The notes under the pieces: model-generated | Databases searched by the model: none | The model's input: only the letters and a program-made list of their open reading frames with translations | Told to the model about the DNA's origin: nothing | Position numbers and translations under genes: made by a program | In this document: piece after piece, positions 1 to 13,823 of the stretch | How the letters are laid out: each line of letters opens with the position of its first letter | How positions within the stretch are numbered: the first letter of the stretch is position 1 | Assembly: GCA_047967505.1 (NCBI GenBank) | Contig: CM106538.1 | Strand: one strand, 5' to 3' | DNA length: 64,000 nucleotides | Source of the DNA: Dipteris shenzhenensis | Lineage: Eukaryota

Positions 1-1430
1 GATTCCTCTCAAGCGACTACCCGAGGACTACCCCTAGTCCAACTCCTCTCGGACCTAGCACTACGACTACCCCTAGTCCGACTCCTCTTCCATGTAGCAC
101 TACGATTACCCCTCGGGGAACTCCTTTGCTAGCTGAGCATGGCTTTGTCGGAAGTCCCGACGAGTTTGTAGCATAGATGAGTGATGAGGAGGTAGCGAGA
201 TTCTTCTCTCTGCTATCTCGGAGGACCTCAGCAATTCCCTCCCCTACACCGACGGGTGGACATACTGCCCAGCCATCCCCTCGTGCCCCTTCGACCGCGG
301 GATCATCACCTGTACATGCCTCTCGCAAGGGAAGGAAGAGTAGGATGGGCGGCTCATGTCAGCACACTCACACTCCTTTAGGTCTCCACTTGGTCCAGAG
401 ACACAGTATCAATCAGGTCCCTTTCCCTCTCCTACTCCCACTACTACTCCTCGCTCTGGAAGCGCTCGCATAACTTCCACTCCTTCTAACTCTGCTACTG
501 TCAGTCCTCCTTACTCATCAGGGGATCTCTCCTATCAAATCACATCTGCCGGAGAGATAATAGAAGATAAAAAGGGCAAAGCATTGATGGCTACCATGAG
601 GAGGTTGATGAGTCATCACTTCAAGAGCGGCATAAATACCGATTGGTGGTATCAAGATGCCCAAAAGAAGCAGGCGGTCATCGATGAGATAAAACAAAGA
701 TACCCTAATCTGCCAAATGTGGAGTTTAATGACGATTATATGCGAGAGTGCATGGGTTTGGTCTTGAAGCATCGTAGATCAACCTTGCGTACTTCCATCA
801 CAAAGGGGTTGGCTGCTGGGCAGACAAAGCTGATTGGAAGTACTTCAAGAAGCAACATAGGGACCATCCCGAAATGTTCGAGGGTCAGAGGAGGGCTGCA
901 AAGAGACGGCTGGACATCGTAGGTACTTCGCACTTTGGTGCAGGCGGATGGTATGCATTCGAGGCAACCGTGGTAAGTCTACTTCTTCTCATTTAATGTA
1001 TTGTTCTATTTGTTTTACTACATATTACATGCACTTTAGCTAACTCTAACTCTCGTAAATTGGATCCACAGCAAGTTGCGATGGGTCATCTTCCTACAGA
1101 TGTAGAGACACGACGCGCATTTCGGATAGGAACAAAGCTGTGGTTCATTGAGCCAGAGGCAATGGGAGCGACGGTCGATTGGGCTGAGGTGGCTGCTCGC
1201 ACGGTATAAGTTTACTCCTACTTGTAATCTCACTTTTTAATTTAAGTTCCAATCTAATTTTCGATTTATATGGTTCACTCTTAGGGTCAAAGCTCAAGCG
1301 TCCCATCATCAAAGGCGAGCGATCAACAGGGCCAAGGATCATATGCAGGTGGCGAGGACGAGGGAGAAGACACAGGTATCGAGGACCAAGGAATAGGCCA
1401 ACAAGATGAGGATGATTCCGGATGAGTAGT
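1..1430 (+). pseudogene. Family-B accessory (TnpA-like) gene, intron-containing, disrupted
   Basis: Pro/Ser/Thr-rich N-terminus, then IIEDKKGKALMATMRR...RYPN...LKHRRSTLR and SHFGAGG; GT-AG introns near 973-1071 and 1204-1284; stops and frameshifts; homologue on minus strand at 35920-37220. Confidence 0.6.
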
Positions 1431-1943
1431 AGTGGTAGTAGCATTTTGTATATCCGCTCGTTTGAGCAATTTTGTATCGCCCTTTTGAAAGGGTAATTTT
1501 GTTACAAACAATGTTGTATATGTCCGACATGTATATGCTTTTGTTGCTCATCATTTCACAAGAACGATTTTGTATCACCCTTTTCGCAAGGGAAAAATTG
1601 TTATAAAAAAACTTTGTTTTATAATTACAAAAAAAAAAAAGGATTAGTGGGGCTAAATAGGGCCAAAAGGAAGCCCTGTTTAGCCCCACTAACCCTGTTT
1701 TTTTACTTTTGTTAATCGTCACTATATAACGACATTTACCAGTGTTGCTATATAGTGACGATTAACAGTGTCGCTATATAGCGACGTTTGCCAGTGTCAC
1801 TATATAACGACACTTTATAGTGACGGTCCTTTTCTAACGCTTTTAGCGACACTTATAGCGACGTTTGCGCCCGTGAAAAAAAAAGATTTTTAATGTAAAA
1901 AGCATCGGTATTTTCGTCGAAAAATGGCCTATGCTTTGTAGTG
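1..1943 (+). mobile_element. Right part of a canonical CACTA (En/Spm) element, family B; left part outside window
   Basis: Ends TTTGTAGTG at 1935-1943 (rc CACTACAAA), preceded by GTCGCTATATAGCGAC-type subterminal repeats at about 1715-1865; sequence after 1943 switches abruptly to CACAA-family internal sequence (matches 12844 onward). Confidence 0.85.
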
Positions 1944-4925
1944 GATCACACAGACATTTGATTTTTTGCTCCAACCACATTTCGCGATGGTGGATACGGA
2001 GGGATTCATCCTCACTGGAGCTACTTGTTGAAGATGAAGACATCCTACAAACAACAACCTACCAAATTTGCTCTTCTTCAAATGTTTAATTTTAAACTCT
2101 GTGGCGCATCTAAAGGCGCGTCTAAAAGCACGTCTACAGTTGCATCTACAGGTGCGTCTAAAGGCACGTCTACTCTGTGTATTTAGACGCACCTATAGAT
2201 GCACCATTAGATGCGATTATAGACGTGGCTTTTAAACCTGCTTTTAGCACGCTTGCTTTGCTTTTCTTCACATTACTTATACTTTGCGCGGCTTCCTTCC
2301 TTCCTTATTAGCAGATCCACAGTTTTGACGCTTAAGGGGAAGGCTCTCATACTTACTTCCAAGCTTACACTTAAGAGGAAGGCACCCACACTTACTTCTA
2401 AGCTTAAAGGAGAGGAGGATGAACAAGGAGGAGAAGCAACTTTGAAAAAGAAGAAGAACCTTCCATACCTCTATCCAAGTAAGTCCTTTTGCAGTTGATC
2501 TTGTTTGGAAGTTTGCTCTGTTTAGATTTGTACTTTCTCGTATCTAAGAAACGCATCATCTGGGTATCAGTCTCATATTTGTGTGCCGGGCACAATGTCC
2601 TTTTCTACTTTTTAGAAATTCCGTTTGTCGGAGTGCGTCTATAGGTGTGTCTCAGAGTGCGTCTAAAACCCGTCTATAGGTGCATCTAAACGTGCGTCTA
2701 GCTTGTTTGCAGACACAGACAGACATGTCTATAGACACGTTGTTAGTCGTGAAAATAGACGCGCTAATCAGATGCGTCTATAGACGCGCTCTGACAGTAA
2801 GCCTCTCTTCCCTTCCCCTTTCTTCTCAGCTCATCAGTAATAGATTTTTTTCCTTTTTTCCAGTTCAACATGTGTCCAGGAAGTGCTTCCAGCTCACCTG
2901 ATCCCCGAGATTCTATTTGGAAGGACTTATATAACCTTTTAGGGCACCCTCCTAGTCTTGCGGAGTTATATGGGTATATGACGGGTACTCTAAACACTCC
3001 CCAGGAGTCGGCACTATAGACTCCAAACCATCCCACACTGCCTGAGATCACCCCAGTAGAGTCAGCATAGTCGTCTTATGCCCCTTCTTATGCCCGTTCC
3101 CCCATACCGTCTTATGCCCCTTCCCCCATGCCGTCTTATGCCCCTTCTGCCATCCCGTCTTATGCCCCTTTCCCCCATGCCATCAAGAGGTCCTTCTGTC
3201 TCGCAGAGCTATCGACGTACTCCTATGCTATCGAGATTCGGTTCTCCAGCTACGAGTGGTCAACGTAGTCCCACGCAATCTCCATCTACGAGTGCAGGCC
3301 AGCGTACGAGCTCGACACGACACAGTAGCAGGCATAGTAGTAGGGAGAGTGGTGGGGGATGCATGGCATAGTGCTTTTGGAGGGGTGATGGTGGGGACGA
3401 TGATGATTCAGATGATTTAGACGTGCCTTCGGGTGATGGTACGATATTCTATGACATCACTCAGACAAGAGGCATCTTGATGGATGCGCAGGGGAAGGAC
3501 ATCATGGCCTTCATGCGCTCTATAATTGCTAACAATTACAGAGATTGCTTTATCCACTTCAAAGACTAGCCAAAGAGGTTGGCTGATGAGACCCTCGCTG
3601 CTGTTTGCTCTAGGTATCCTAACCCCCCCAATCACCAGTTCACAGATAAATGGGCCAAGTCAAAGATTGTTACGATACTTGGCAATAAAAGATCTTCGCT
3701 TAAGAGGCAGGCACTAGCGGAGCTTGCCAGGCTTAAGGGAGGTCAACCACCAAGGGGCCCGCCCCACACCGCTCACAAGCGTGAGTGGAAGAATTAAGCA
3801 ATGAAGTCAGTGAGGGAGGACCCCAGTCTATAGCACGTGGAGGCACGGAGGATTCAGATGGAGGAATATGGAAGCGCGCATTTTGGAGCGGGGGTGTTGA
3901 ATCATGGGAGGCCCAATTTGTAAGTATCGATCTCAAATTATATTGCTTATGTAGTTTATTAGGAGGTTGTTTCTTTGTACTAATCCCTCCGTAAAGTGTG
4001 TTGTCCTGCACCTTGAGATCATGGGCAGATACCCTACTCCTGTGGAGACAGCCTACCACCGCCACCATCGCAAAGGAGATACATGGAGGCACTTCTATGA
4101 TGACGGGTTGATTACTGAGGAGCAGTATACCCGGGCTACTGGAGTGGCCCCCGAGGTATTTGAAAGTAATTAAATAATGCCAAAATTATAAGTAAAGATT
4201 TGATTTTTCATACATTGATATATGTTGTCCCTTGTTTACAGGCTCATGCACAAGACAATGAGGAAGACGAGGAAGGAGGTGCAGAAGGGAGCGGCATGCA
4301 AAAGGGAGCGTGGGAGGGAGCGAGGACCTGTAGAACATAGATTAGTCGTAGAAGTAGTGCTAGCTACTCTTTTTTGTACTTAAAGCCACTGGCTTGGCTT
4401 CATGCCTCTTGTATATACACTCCTCTTATTTTTTGTACTTGAAGCCACATGACGTGGCTTAGCTTCCTTATTTTTTGTACTTGAAGCCACATGGCGTGGC
4501 TTAGCTTCATGCTATATGTATATACAAGCACTTTTTGAGCTTTCAATTTTATAGCGTTTTGGAGTTGTAATGTTTTATTTGGAATTGTAATTAAAATGCA
4601 GTTGGCTGTAAGAATTGAATTACACAATGTGGATATGGGATTCTTTTTTTTTTTTTTTAAAGCACGTCTATCAGTGCGTCTATAAACGCATCTATATACG
4701 CGCTTGTCTGTTCGACAAGCATCTATTTTTGCATCTATAAATGCGTTTATAAGCGCATCTATTTCAACGCCTAAGTGCGCGTCTATACGTGCATGAGTTT
4801 GATATATAGAGGCACTGGTAGACGTGGGTGCAAAAATAGATGCGTAAATAGATGCGCCCGTAAGTTTTTTTTTAGTTCAGTAAATACGTCTGTGTGCACA
4901 TCTATGGGTGCTTTGTCTTGTTGTG
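1944..4925. mobile_element. CACAA-terminus En/Spm-like element, copy 1 (right part)
   Basis: Collinear with 12844-15836; ends GCTTTGTCTTGTTGTG at 4925 followed by TAT; TAGACGC-type subterminal repeats. Confidence 0.9.
2870..4345 (+). pseudogene. Accessory (TnpA-like) gene of CACAA copy 1
   Basis: Homologous to 13824-15276 (SIWKDLYNLLGHPPS, RYPNPPNHQFTDKWAK, YPTPVETAYHRHHR, acidic tail); several in-frame stops. Confidence 0.7.
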
Positions 4926-5332
4926 TATATGTGGGCTTGCAAAAAAGCATTGATGTTCTATTAAAATTATGTGCTTTGATAATCATGGGCAATGTTTGGA
5001 AAGCAATGATGTACACCAAAATCTCACTTTTTGTATTCTCTGGTTTGCGTCTATCTATACATCCAAATGCGCATCTAATTCTCAGTGTAAATGTGCAAAT
5101 AAAGGTGTTAATACATGTGCAAATAGATGCGTGGATAAATGCGATGTTAGACGGGCCTATATTTTCTCAGATTAGATGCACAATTAAACGTGTTAATAGA
5201 CACGCAAATAGACGAGTTGTTAGATGTGCTTGTAGACGCGCCCGTAATTCCTCTACTAAAGCAACGCCTATAGATGCACCTGCTATTTTGCGCATCTACC
5301 AAGCGCGTCTATAGTTGCTTTGTGTTGTTGTG
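4926..5332 (-). mobile_element. Inverted left end of another CACAA element (copy 0) hosting copy 1
   Basis: Reverse complement of 8525-8910 and 50778-51080; terminus TCTATAGTTGCTTTGTGTTGTTGTG at 5332 followed by ATT. Confidence 0.85.
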
Positions 5333-5380
5333 ATTATCAATGCAACATGATAGTGTTAGTAAATAAACTTTTTATTTAAA

Positions 5381-8120
5381 AAGGATAGTGCCAAAAACAT
5401 AACTTTTGTTTTGGGAATGATTTTTGGGATCTGTTCAAAAATGAAAAAGAAGTCCAAAATTAACGAAATGGTTGCTTTAATAAGTAACGTCACATTGAAA
5501 GGCTAGGGATATGAAATAAAATAGTTCAATATGTATAACTCACTTTTTAAAAATTCATTCACAAGATGATTGAACAAAGCTATGCTTACACATTGACAAA
5601 GGAAATTTATTTTGTGTGGATTTGTTCCAAAACATTTTCCACTAGATGTTGACTAGTGATGACAATGTGCATCCATAAGCACTTGTAGGATATTTTTCAA
5701 AACAACCTTGTTGTTTGAGTGACAATTAAATAAAAGTAAATACAAATTTTATTAATATTATTTTCTACGTGGATGTCATGGGGGATGTGTGGCATCAAGA
5801 AGGAATAGTGTTGATAAGTGATATAGAAGCTAGATGGCTATGACCTTCTTAATGCTTTGACTAAATCTATAGTTAATCCTAATTCCCTTTCATCACCCGT
5901 AATCATTGCAATCTTTTTCCCTCACTTATCGCAACACAATATAATCCTCTATGTACTCAAGAAATTACATGACCCTATTGATGTTTGACCACTGAGATTC
6001 ATGTTGCCATATGGGTAGAATATATTCTTTAATGTGACTTTGAGTTTGATGTTGGCAAAGGGTAGCATCTCTTTCTTCTTTTGATATACTAAGGCCCAAA
6101 TTCCAATCACATGTCCATTGCCATTGTGGTACTTTGGTCCACATATCTACCCATCTCTCTGTTTAACTTATTAGTAGGATGGATATGTAGCTCCGGCTTG
6201 TAACTATAATGGAGCTGCATAGACTTATCTATATGTCAAATGTACATACACTAATGATAACACACTTGTCAATTTCTAGAATTTCCATTTGGTGATACAA
6301 AAATGTACCTCATGCATTTATAATGCAAGTTTATACATGCTTCTATAATTCCATGCTTAGCCTAGGTAGCAAAGCTAGATGTTAGCATCACTTGTTGGGA
6401 GAGGAGGTGCAATCGATTAAGTAGGCTGTCATGGTATAGCTCCATAGCATTCTTTTCTTCATGTAGCAATAATTGCTTAGTATTGCCTTGTTATGTTTAC
6501 ACTCTCCTCTAGATTGTCGTATCCTATTCTTTCTTGGCCTTCGTATCTATCATCCCTTTGCCTTATGTACCACTTGTGGCATGTTTTTACTTGTTGTCAT
6601 TGTCCCCTCCCTCCTCTTTCTCCATCTTCACATGTATGACTTTATTAGGATTTTATTTTATCCCACATCTTTGTAATCTAACTATATTGTTTCTCTTGAT
6701 TTTCCTTTGGCATACCTTCCCACTTCTTCCTCCTACATTTCCATTGTCCTTGAGTTGCATAGCCCTCAAAATGTACATGAAAAAGATTCCTCGCCTTTTT
6801 CATTGCCCGATGCATGCCCTTATGATTCATATGGCATCTTAAGAATGTCCTTTAAACCTCTAATTTGCACTCCCTTCCTCTGGTAGATATTTGGTCAAGT
6901 TGTGGATACAAAAATCAACTCATATATAAAAGGTATTAGTTTTTGACACATATGCTTATTTTGGTGCCAATATCTTGGAAACTATGGTGGATTTATAGTG
7001 TTTTGAAGAGTTTATTTGAAAATTAGAAGGTTTCTTGGAGCATGATACTATGGACTCATCTAGTAAGAGCATAAGGATGAATGCCCATCTATGAAAGGTT
7101 GAGTGACATAAGGATGGATGTGCATCCATTAAAGGTAAAGTGGATTTTAGAAAATATGTTTCATTCTATTGGAAGTATATATTTCTTGAAAACCTTTCTT
7201 GCAAAGGAAATTCATGAGTGTCAACTTTGAGAATCATTTTCTAGAAAGAAGGCTCTTGGGGCTTGATTAATATGCCATTTTCTCTCATGACATATCAAGC
7301 TCTATTCTTCAAAAATTACTATGTTTCTTTAGGTGATTTTCTTCAATGGCTCCATTCAACCATTAGGTTTCCTTTTCTATAGATCAAGTTTTCAAGAATT
7401 TTTGAGACTTAAGGAAAAGTATGATGTGGTTGCAAAGTGTCTCTTAGAGACTACCCTTTCAAAGCATTAGGATGGTTGTTTTAAATTTAATGAAGACATT
7501 GAAGGGTTTCTTTTTTCTTAATGTGCTTTCATCTTATTGTTTGTCTTTTGAGTTGAATTCACCTCAAAAAATGTACTAAAGGATGTGCCCTTGCATCCCC
7601 TTGAGAATCCAATGGTGTGCGTTCAAAAAGGTGAAACTTTCATGTTAGAATTTGAAGGTTAAGGATGATATATTGTGTTATTCATGTGTTGCATCACCGA
7701 TTTGCTCTCCATCACATCGCTTGGAATCGACATGACACTCCCATGAATGATGAATCAACTTTAATCTTGTCTCTTTTGGTCGACTTCATAGATCAAGATG
7801 TAAAAGACTAACAAGCTTGTGGCTTGAAATGATTGACAAAATCAATAGCGTAGCTAGCAAGTGAGCTTCAGTTTTCACTTTTGACAAGATGTAGTTTTAG
7901 GGATATATTAGGAATTTGTGTATTGGTCTTGGGTTCTGGAAAGATGGAATTGAAATTGGGATCTATTGTGTTTTGCTCTTGGTCCGTTTGACACTGCAAA
8001 GACATTGTGAATGATTGACCACTTCACTAGGTTGGCATGCTATAGATTAATCTTGCCAGTTCCGATTTCAATAGCCCTCCATGTCAAAATGGTCGCTATG
8101 TTTTGCACCTCGAAGAGGGA
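5381..8120. repeat. Unit A of a ~2.7-kb diverged tandem duplication
   Basis: Starts AAGGATAGTG as at 8121; ends GGTCGCTATGTTTTGCACCT as near 18222-18250; collinear with 8121-8524 plus 15840-18250. Confidence 0.85.
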
Positions 8121-8979
8121 AAGGATAGTGTCAGAAAGTTAACTTTTGATTTTTGGGCTCTGTTCAAAAATAAAAAAGAAGTCCAAAATTAATGAAATGA
8201 GTGTTTTAATAAGAATGTCACATTGATTATTTTGTGTGGATTTGTTCCAATACATTTTCCACCTAGATGTTGATTAGTGAAGATAATGTTAAGCACTCAT
8301 AGGGTACTTCTAAAAACAACCTTGTTGTTTGAGTGGTAGTCAAAATAAAAACAAATACAAATTTTGTTACTATTATTTCCTACATGGATGTCACTTAAGA
8401 CATTTTCATCCTAAAGTAATATTGAATGTTTTATTTCTTGAATATTATTTTATTTAACATAACTTGAGTGGATGTCAATGAGGGATGTGTGGCATCAAGA
8501 AGCAATAGTGTTGATAAGTGATATCACAACAACACAAAGCAACTATAGATGCACTTGGTAGATGTGCAAAATAGCAGGCGCATCTATAGGCATTGCTTTA
8601 GTAGAGGAATTATGGGCGCGTCTAAATGCACGTCTAAAATCTCGTCTATTTGCGCGTAAATTATCGCGTCTACGTGCGTGTCTAACCTGAGAAAATACGA
8701 GCCCGTCCAACATCGCATTTATTAGCGTGTCTATTTGTGCATGTATTAGCGCGTTTATTTGCGTGTTTACACTGAGAATCAGACGCGCATTTAGACGCGT
8801 AGATAGACGCAAACCAGAGAATAAAAAAAGTGAGATTTTGGTGTACATCATTGCTTTCCAAACATTGCCCATGATTACCAAAGCACATAATTTTTTGCAA
8901 GCCCACATTTATAAGAATTAAGTGAGATGAGGAGAATGAGACAATATGTAAAATAGTTTTGCCAATATCAATTATGGGG

Positions 8980-11900
8980 CTACGGTTCAATCTCATCCTC
9001 AATGAGATCAACCCTTGCCAAAATATCTACTTCAAAATCCAAACAAGTGTTTAGATCTACAAATACATTCAACCCACTACTACTTGTGCCACTCATGTGC
9101 TCATCCAAATCAGCATCTCGAATGGTAGGCTCATCCTCATGGGTAATGGCCTCAATATCTGTATCTCCTATCTCATGATCATCCTCCTCTCTCGTATCAC
9201 GGTCATCATCACGTCCATGGCCATGATCATCCTCCATACGCTCCATATTAGTAAATGTACTATACATCACTTTGGAACATGGCATAATAGGTATGACATG
9301 CCAGCATCTATTATTATCCACCATTGGTTGATAGACAACCTAATTCAAACACAAATACAATCATGTCACTTTTCTTGCATCAAATATTTAAAAGCGAGTA
9401 TTTTTATATGTGTGCACAATACCTGTTCACATTGTTGCGGTAGTACTAGTGTGTCCTTCCTACTTTGCCAAAACTTTGTGGAGTCAATAGTTACAAAGCC
9501 ACTTGCATGGCGTTTGATCGTTGCATTAGGGCCTCTTTCCACCACGTCCTTAAACCACTTTACATCCAAAACATACACAAAGAAGCGTTGAAGTCAAGCA
9601 TAATAATATCTTGGATTATGCCACAATAATCATCCATGGCTCCATTGGCTCCCTCAAAGCTAGCAATGATGCCACAATCTTGTGTGTTTCTCTTATCATC
9701 AATCCTTTGTGTTTGAAAATGCTTGCCCTCACACCATATAGCATTGAACATAGTGCACTACACCAAGAAAAAATCAATTAAATAAGCAATCTAAATTATT
9801 GAAAGCTCCTAACTTATGCACTATATACTGACCTTGCTCATGCATCCCCTAGCATACTCCCATTCTTCCATTGTGATATGCATCCCCTCATCTTTCTCTA
9901 CTTTCTCCATTTCATCAAGTAGCCAATCCACATGAATATCCTTTGGAAGTGCTCTTAGATATTGAGGGTATGGCACATGAGATCCCTGGTGTGTACGAAA
10001 GAGGGCCCTTTCTTCTTGTCTTCTTGCCTTTGCATCCTCGTATCTTGTCACCCATCTTTTCATCACATCACTATTAAGCACGCAAAAGAGGTTGATACTA
10101 TTATGCAACTTCGTGTCTATTACTTTATTGCGTCCTTTCCCTTGAGGCACAATAGGTCATCCTTAGGTCTTCATCATCTCTCCATAGTCATGGGAGAGAG
10201 CTATCCACATGAACAAGAAACTCAGAAATATATACAAGTGACTCTTGTACCAACCAACCCTCGGCCATGCTACCTTCGGGTCTTGCATTTTGTCTCACGA
10301 AGCCCTTCAAGGTCTTCATGAAGCACTCTAGGAAGAACAACCATCGTGTATGTATAGTACCGCATATAGCAATCTCATCCACTAAATGCACTATGAGATG
10401 TAGTTGGCTTGTGAGAATAGAACGTGGAAATGTCTCCTCCACTGAACAAACCACCTCCACTGACATAACTCGAGCATTCTCAAGCGTGGTGGGATCTATT
10501 TCCTTTGAGCTCACATACCTCACAAGCTCGCCCATCTTGTAAATACAATCTTTCACGTCCTTCGATGCACTACGTGAAATGCTAGTAGGTATGAACTGAA
10601 CCCGCGAGGAGGTGGTTGATTAGTTGCTTATAGCTATTCACTCACAAATTTGAAAGGAAAAAGATATTATGCACATAAAATACTTACTTGGAGCATCTTG
10701 TGCCAATCATGAGATTTCAAGCCATATAATTGCTCTACACCTCTTTTCTTGCTCTTTGTAAAGGCTCCCTTCAAACACCTCATGCATCCAGTGGGAGTAC
10801 GAATTGTAGTAATAGCGCACTTCACCGTCACCATCTCTAGCTTTGATAACATCCACGGTGCACGAGGTAAAAAAACACGCCCATTTGGTCTCTCTTGAGG
10901 CCAAGCTTCACATATCCTCCCTGTGGTACGTAGATCCTCCCTTATGCCTATCGAATCTCGTGTCCTATTCAAATGCTCCCAAATGGTAGATGCCACATTC
11001 TTGAAGATATGCATGGGATCAAGCAGGTGATTGATCTTGAGGTGGGACCAATATGGTAAACGATAAAAGATGGAGTATCTAAACAAAATTAAGTGTTAGC
11101 GTGCAATCTTTACTTTCAGCCAATATAGCCAATCTTTACTTCCAGCCAATAGTTACAAACCCTTACCGGCTCATGCCAAGTGGTGGAGGAGTCGTGGAAC
11201 CATCCCAAATTCTCATCCAATCTCCCGCGATGAGTGATTGTGGGAGGATTTCATTCCAAGGGGCAACATATCTAGGATGATCAGGTGGGAGAAATCGATG
11301 GTGATTCTCATAGATGATCTTATTCAATGCATCTGCCCATGAGGCAACTAGCGAAGGACCACAAACAAGACATGCATGGTAACCCGATGTAGTGAGACCT
11401 GAACAATAGATGCAATTAAGAGTGAAAGGTGGGTTTAGGGTGCCACATCCTTTGCCTATTCATAATTAAAAATGCAATGCTTACCTAAACACTCGCCATA
11501 GCCTGGGAAGTCATGCATCGTCCACATCAAGACTGCTTTGCAGTTGAAGTCTCGTGATGAGGGAGGCCTGCTCACATCATGCACCTCGATACCTCTCCAA
11601 AGTATCTCTAGCTCATCAATCAAAGGCTCCAAATAAACATCAGCGTTTTTGACTTTATGTTTCCCTGGAATTAGAAGGGACAGCATAACATGTCCTTTCT
11701 TAATAGCCATAGAGGGTGGAAGATTGTAATTCACCAATACCACTGGCCATACACTATAAGATGTGCTTTTGAGACCAAATGGGTTCACACCGTCCATACT
11801 CAATCCAAGTCTCAAGCTCCTAGGTTCTTCCTTGAAGCTTGGCCATGTGTCTTCAATATGCTTCCACGCAGGAGACTCCGCAGGAGTTCTCCACTTGCCA

Positions 11901-12943
11901 TCGGTTGATCGATGGGAGGAATGCCATGACATGAGCTCTGCAATAGATTTGAACTTGAACATATGTTGGATGCGAGGGATTATGGGAAAATGTCGCAATA
12001 CCTTACGAGGCACGTCCAAGGTTTTGAGATCTACTCTATATCTTGCCTCTCCACAAGTAGGACACTCTCTTGCATCCTTATGTAGTCCATGAAACAAAAC
12101 GCAATCGTTGACACATGCATGGATGCGCTTGTAATCTAATCCTCCAAGAGAGGTCACATGTTGCCTTGCCATATCTCTTGAGGTCGGTAGTTTATTCTCC
12201 CTTGGAAGCATTTTACACAATAGCCTGCACGTGAAGACCATAAATGAGAAAAAGCATTCGAGTAATTGACCCACTAGCATAATTCACCATGTTTGCAAAA
12301 TCGACTTTAAAGCTTACTTGAGTAATGCATTCAAACTTGCATTGCTCCATCCATAGATGGTTTGCAAGTTTATTAACTCAAGGGAGGCATGTAGAATAGA
12401 GAATGTGCACCCCTCAAACAGTGGAGTCGATGCTGTAGTAAAAAGATCATCCTGCTCCATGCTATTATCCCTCCCTTGATGGACATATAAATCCTGCACC
12501 ATATCATCAAACACCTCCTCCTCCATGGCTTCATGAGGTAATGGAAGAGGGCTACTATCACCATTACTCCATGCATCCGTAACGGTCCCTCCTAAAGATC
12601 CCACCTCATATCGCCGACGCTTCGCCTCCTCACGGCGAGCATAGGGTAACATATGCGGGTGTGGCACTGCATCCTATATCAAATTAAAACGGGATCATAA
12701 CTCAAACATATGAACATCCATAGGTATCTCAATCAACCTTAACTTACAAACCCTTACCCTGTTTACTATCACATCCCATTCTCCATACTTTGAGACATGA
12801 TTGAGTGTAATTCTGCGTGCACGATACATGTTTTCTCGACATCGATCACACAGACATTTGATTTTTTGCTCCAACCACATTTCGCGATGGTGGATACGGA
12901 GGGATTCATCCTCACTGGAGCTACTTGTTAAAGATGAAGACAT
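8980..12943 (-). pseudogene. TnpD/Tnp2-type CACTA transposase, multi-exon, frameshifted
   Basis: N-terminal KCLCDRC...H; IHACVNDC, CPTCGEARY, LRLGLSMDGVNPF, YNLPP, WTMHDFPGYG (Transposase_21-like); LDPMHIFKN, GLKSHDWH; HLIVHL, RWLFFLE, RPEGSMAEG (DUF4218-like); DVKWF (DUF4216-like); GT-AG introns. Confidence 0.9.
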
Positions 12944-13823
12944 CCTACAAACAAACAACCCACCAAATTTGCTCTTCTTCAAATGTTTAATTTAAACTCT
13001 GTGGCGCGTCTAAGGGTGCATCTAAAAGCGTGTCTAAAATCGTGCCTAAAGGCGCATCTAAAAGCACATCTACTCTATGTATTTACATGCGCCTATAGAT
13101 GCGCTATTAGATGCGATTATAGACGCAACTTTTAAACCTGCTTTTTAGCATGCCGCACGCTTTGCTTTTCTTCACATTACTTATACTTCGCGTGGCTTCC
13201 TTCCTTCCTTATTAGCAGATCCATAGTTTCGACGCTTAAGAGGAAGGCTCCCATACTTACTTCCAAGCTTACACTTAAGAGGAAGGCACCCACACTTACT
13301 TCTAAGCTTAAAGGAGAGGAGGACGAACAAGGAGGAGAAGCAACTTTGAAAAAGAAAGAAGAACCTTCCATACCTCTATCCAAGTAAGTCTTTTTGCAGT
13401 TGATCTTGTTTGGAAGTTTGCTCTCTTTAGATTTGAACTTTCTTGTATCCAAGAAGTGCATGATCTGGGTATCAGTGTCATGTTTGTGTGTCAGGCACAA
13501 TGTCCTTTTCTACTTTTTAGAAATCCCGTCTGTCAGAGCGCGTCTATAGGCGCATCTCAGAGCGCGTCTAAAAGCGTGTCTATAGGCACGTCTAAACGTG
13601 CGTCTAGCCTGTTTGCAGACACAGACAAACGCGTCGATAGACGCTCTGTTAGATGCTATGTTAGACGCTCTGTTAAACGCTCTGTTAGACGCTCTGTTAG
13701 ACATGTCTATAGGCGCGCAAATCAGACGCGTCTATAGACGTGCTCTGACAGTAAGCCTCTCTTTCCTTCCCCTTTCTTCTCAGCTCATCAGTAATAGATT
13801 TTTTTCCTTTTTTCCAATTCAAC

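Noticed and set aside
4775-5314. 179-aa ORF
   Set aside because: Spans two fused transposon ends made of subterminal repeats
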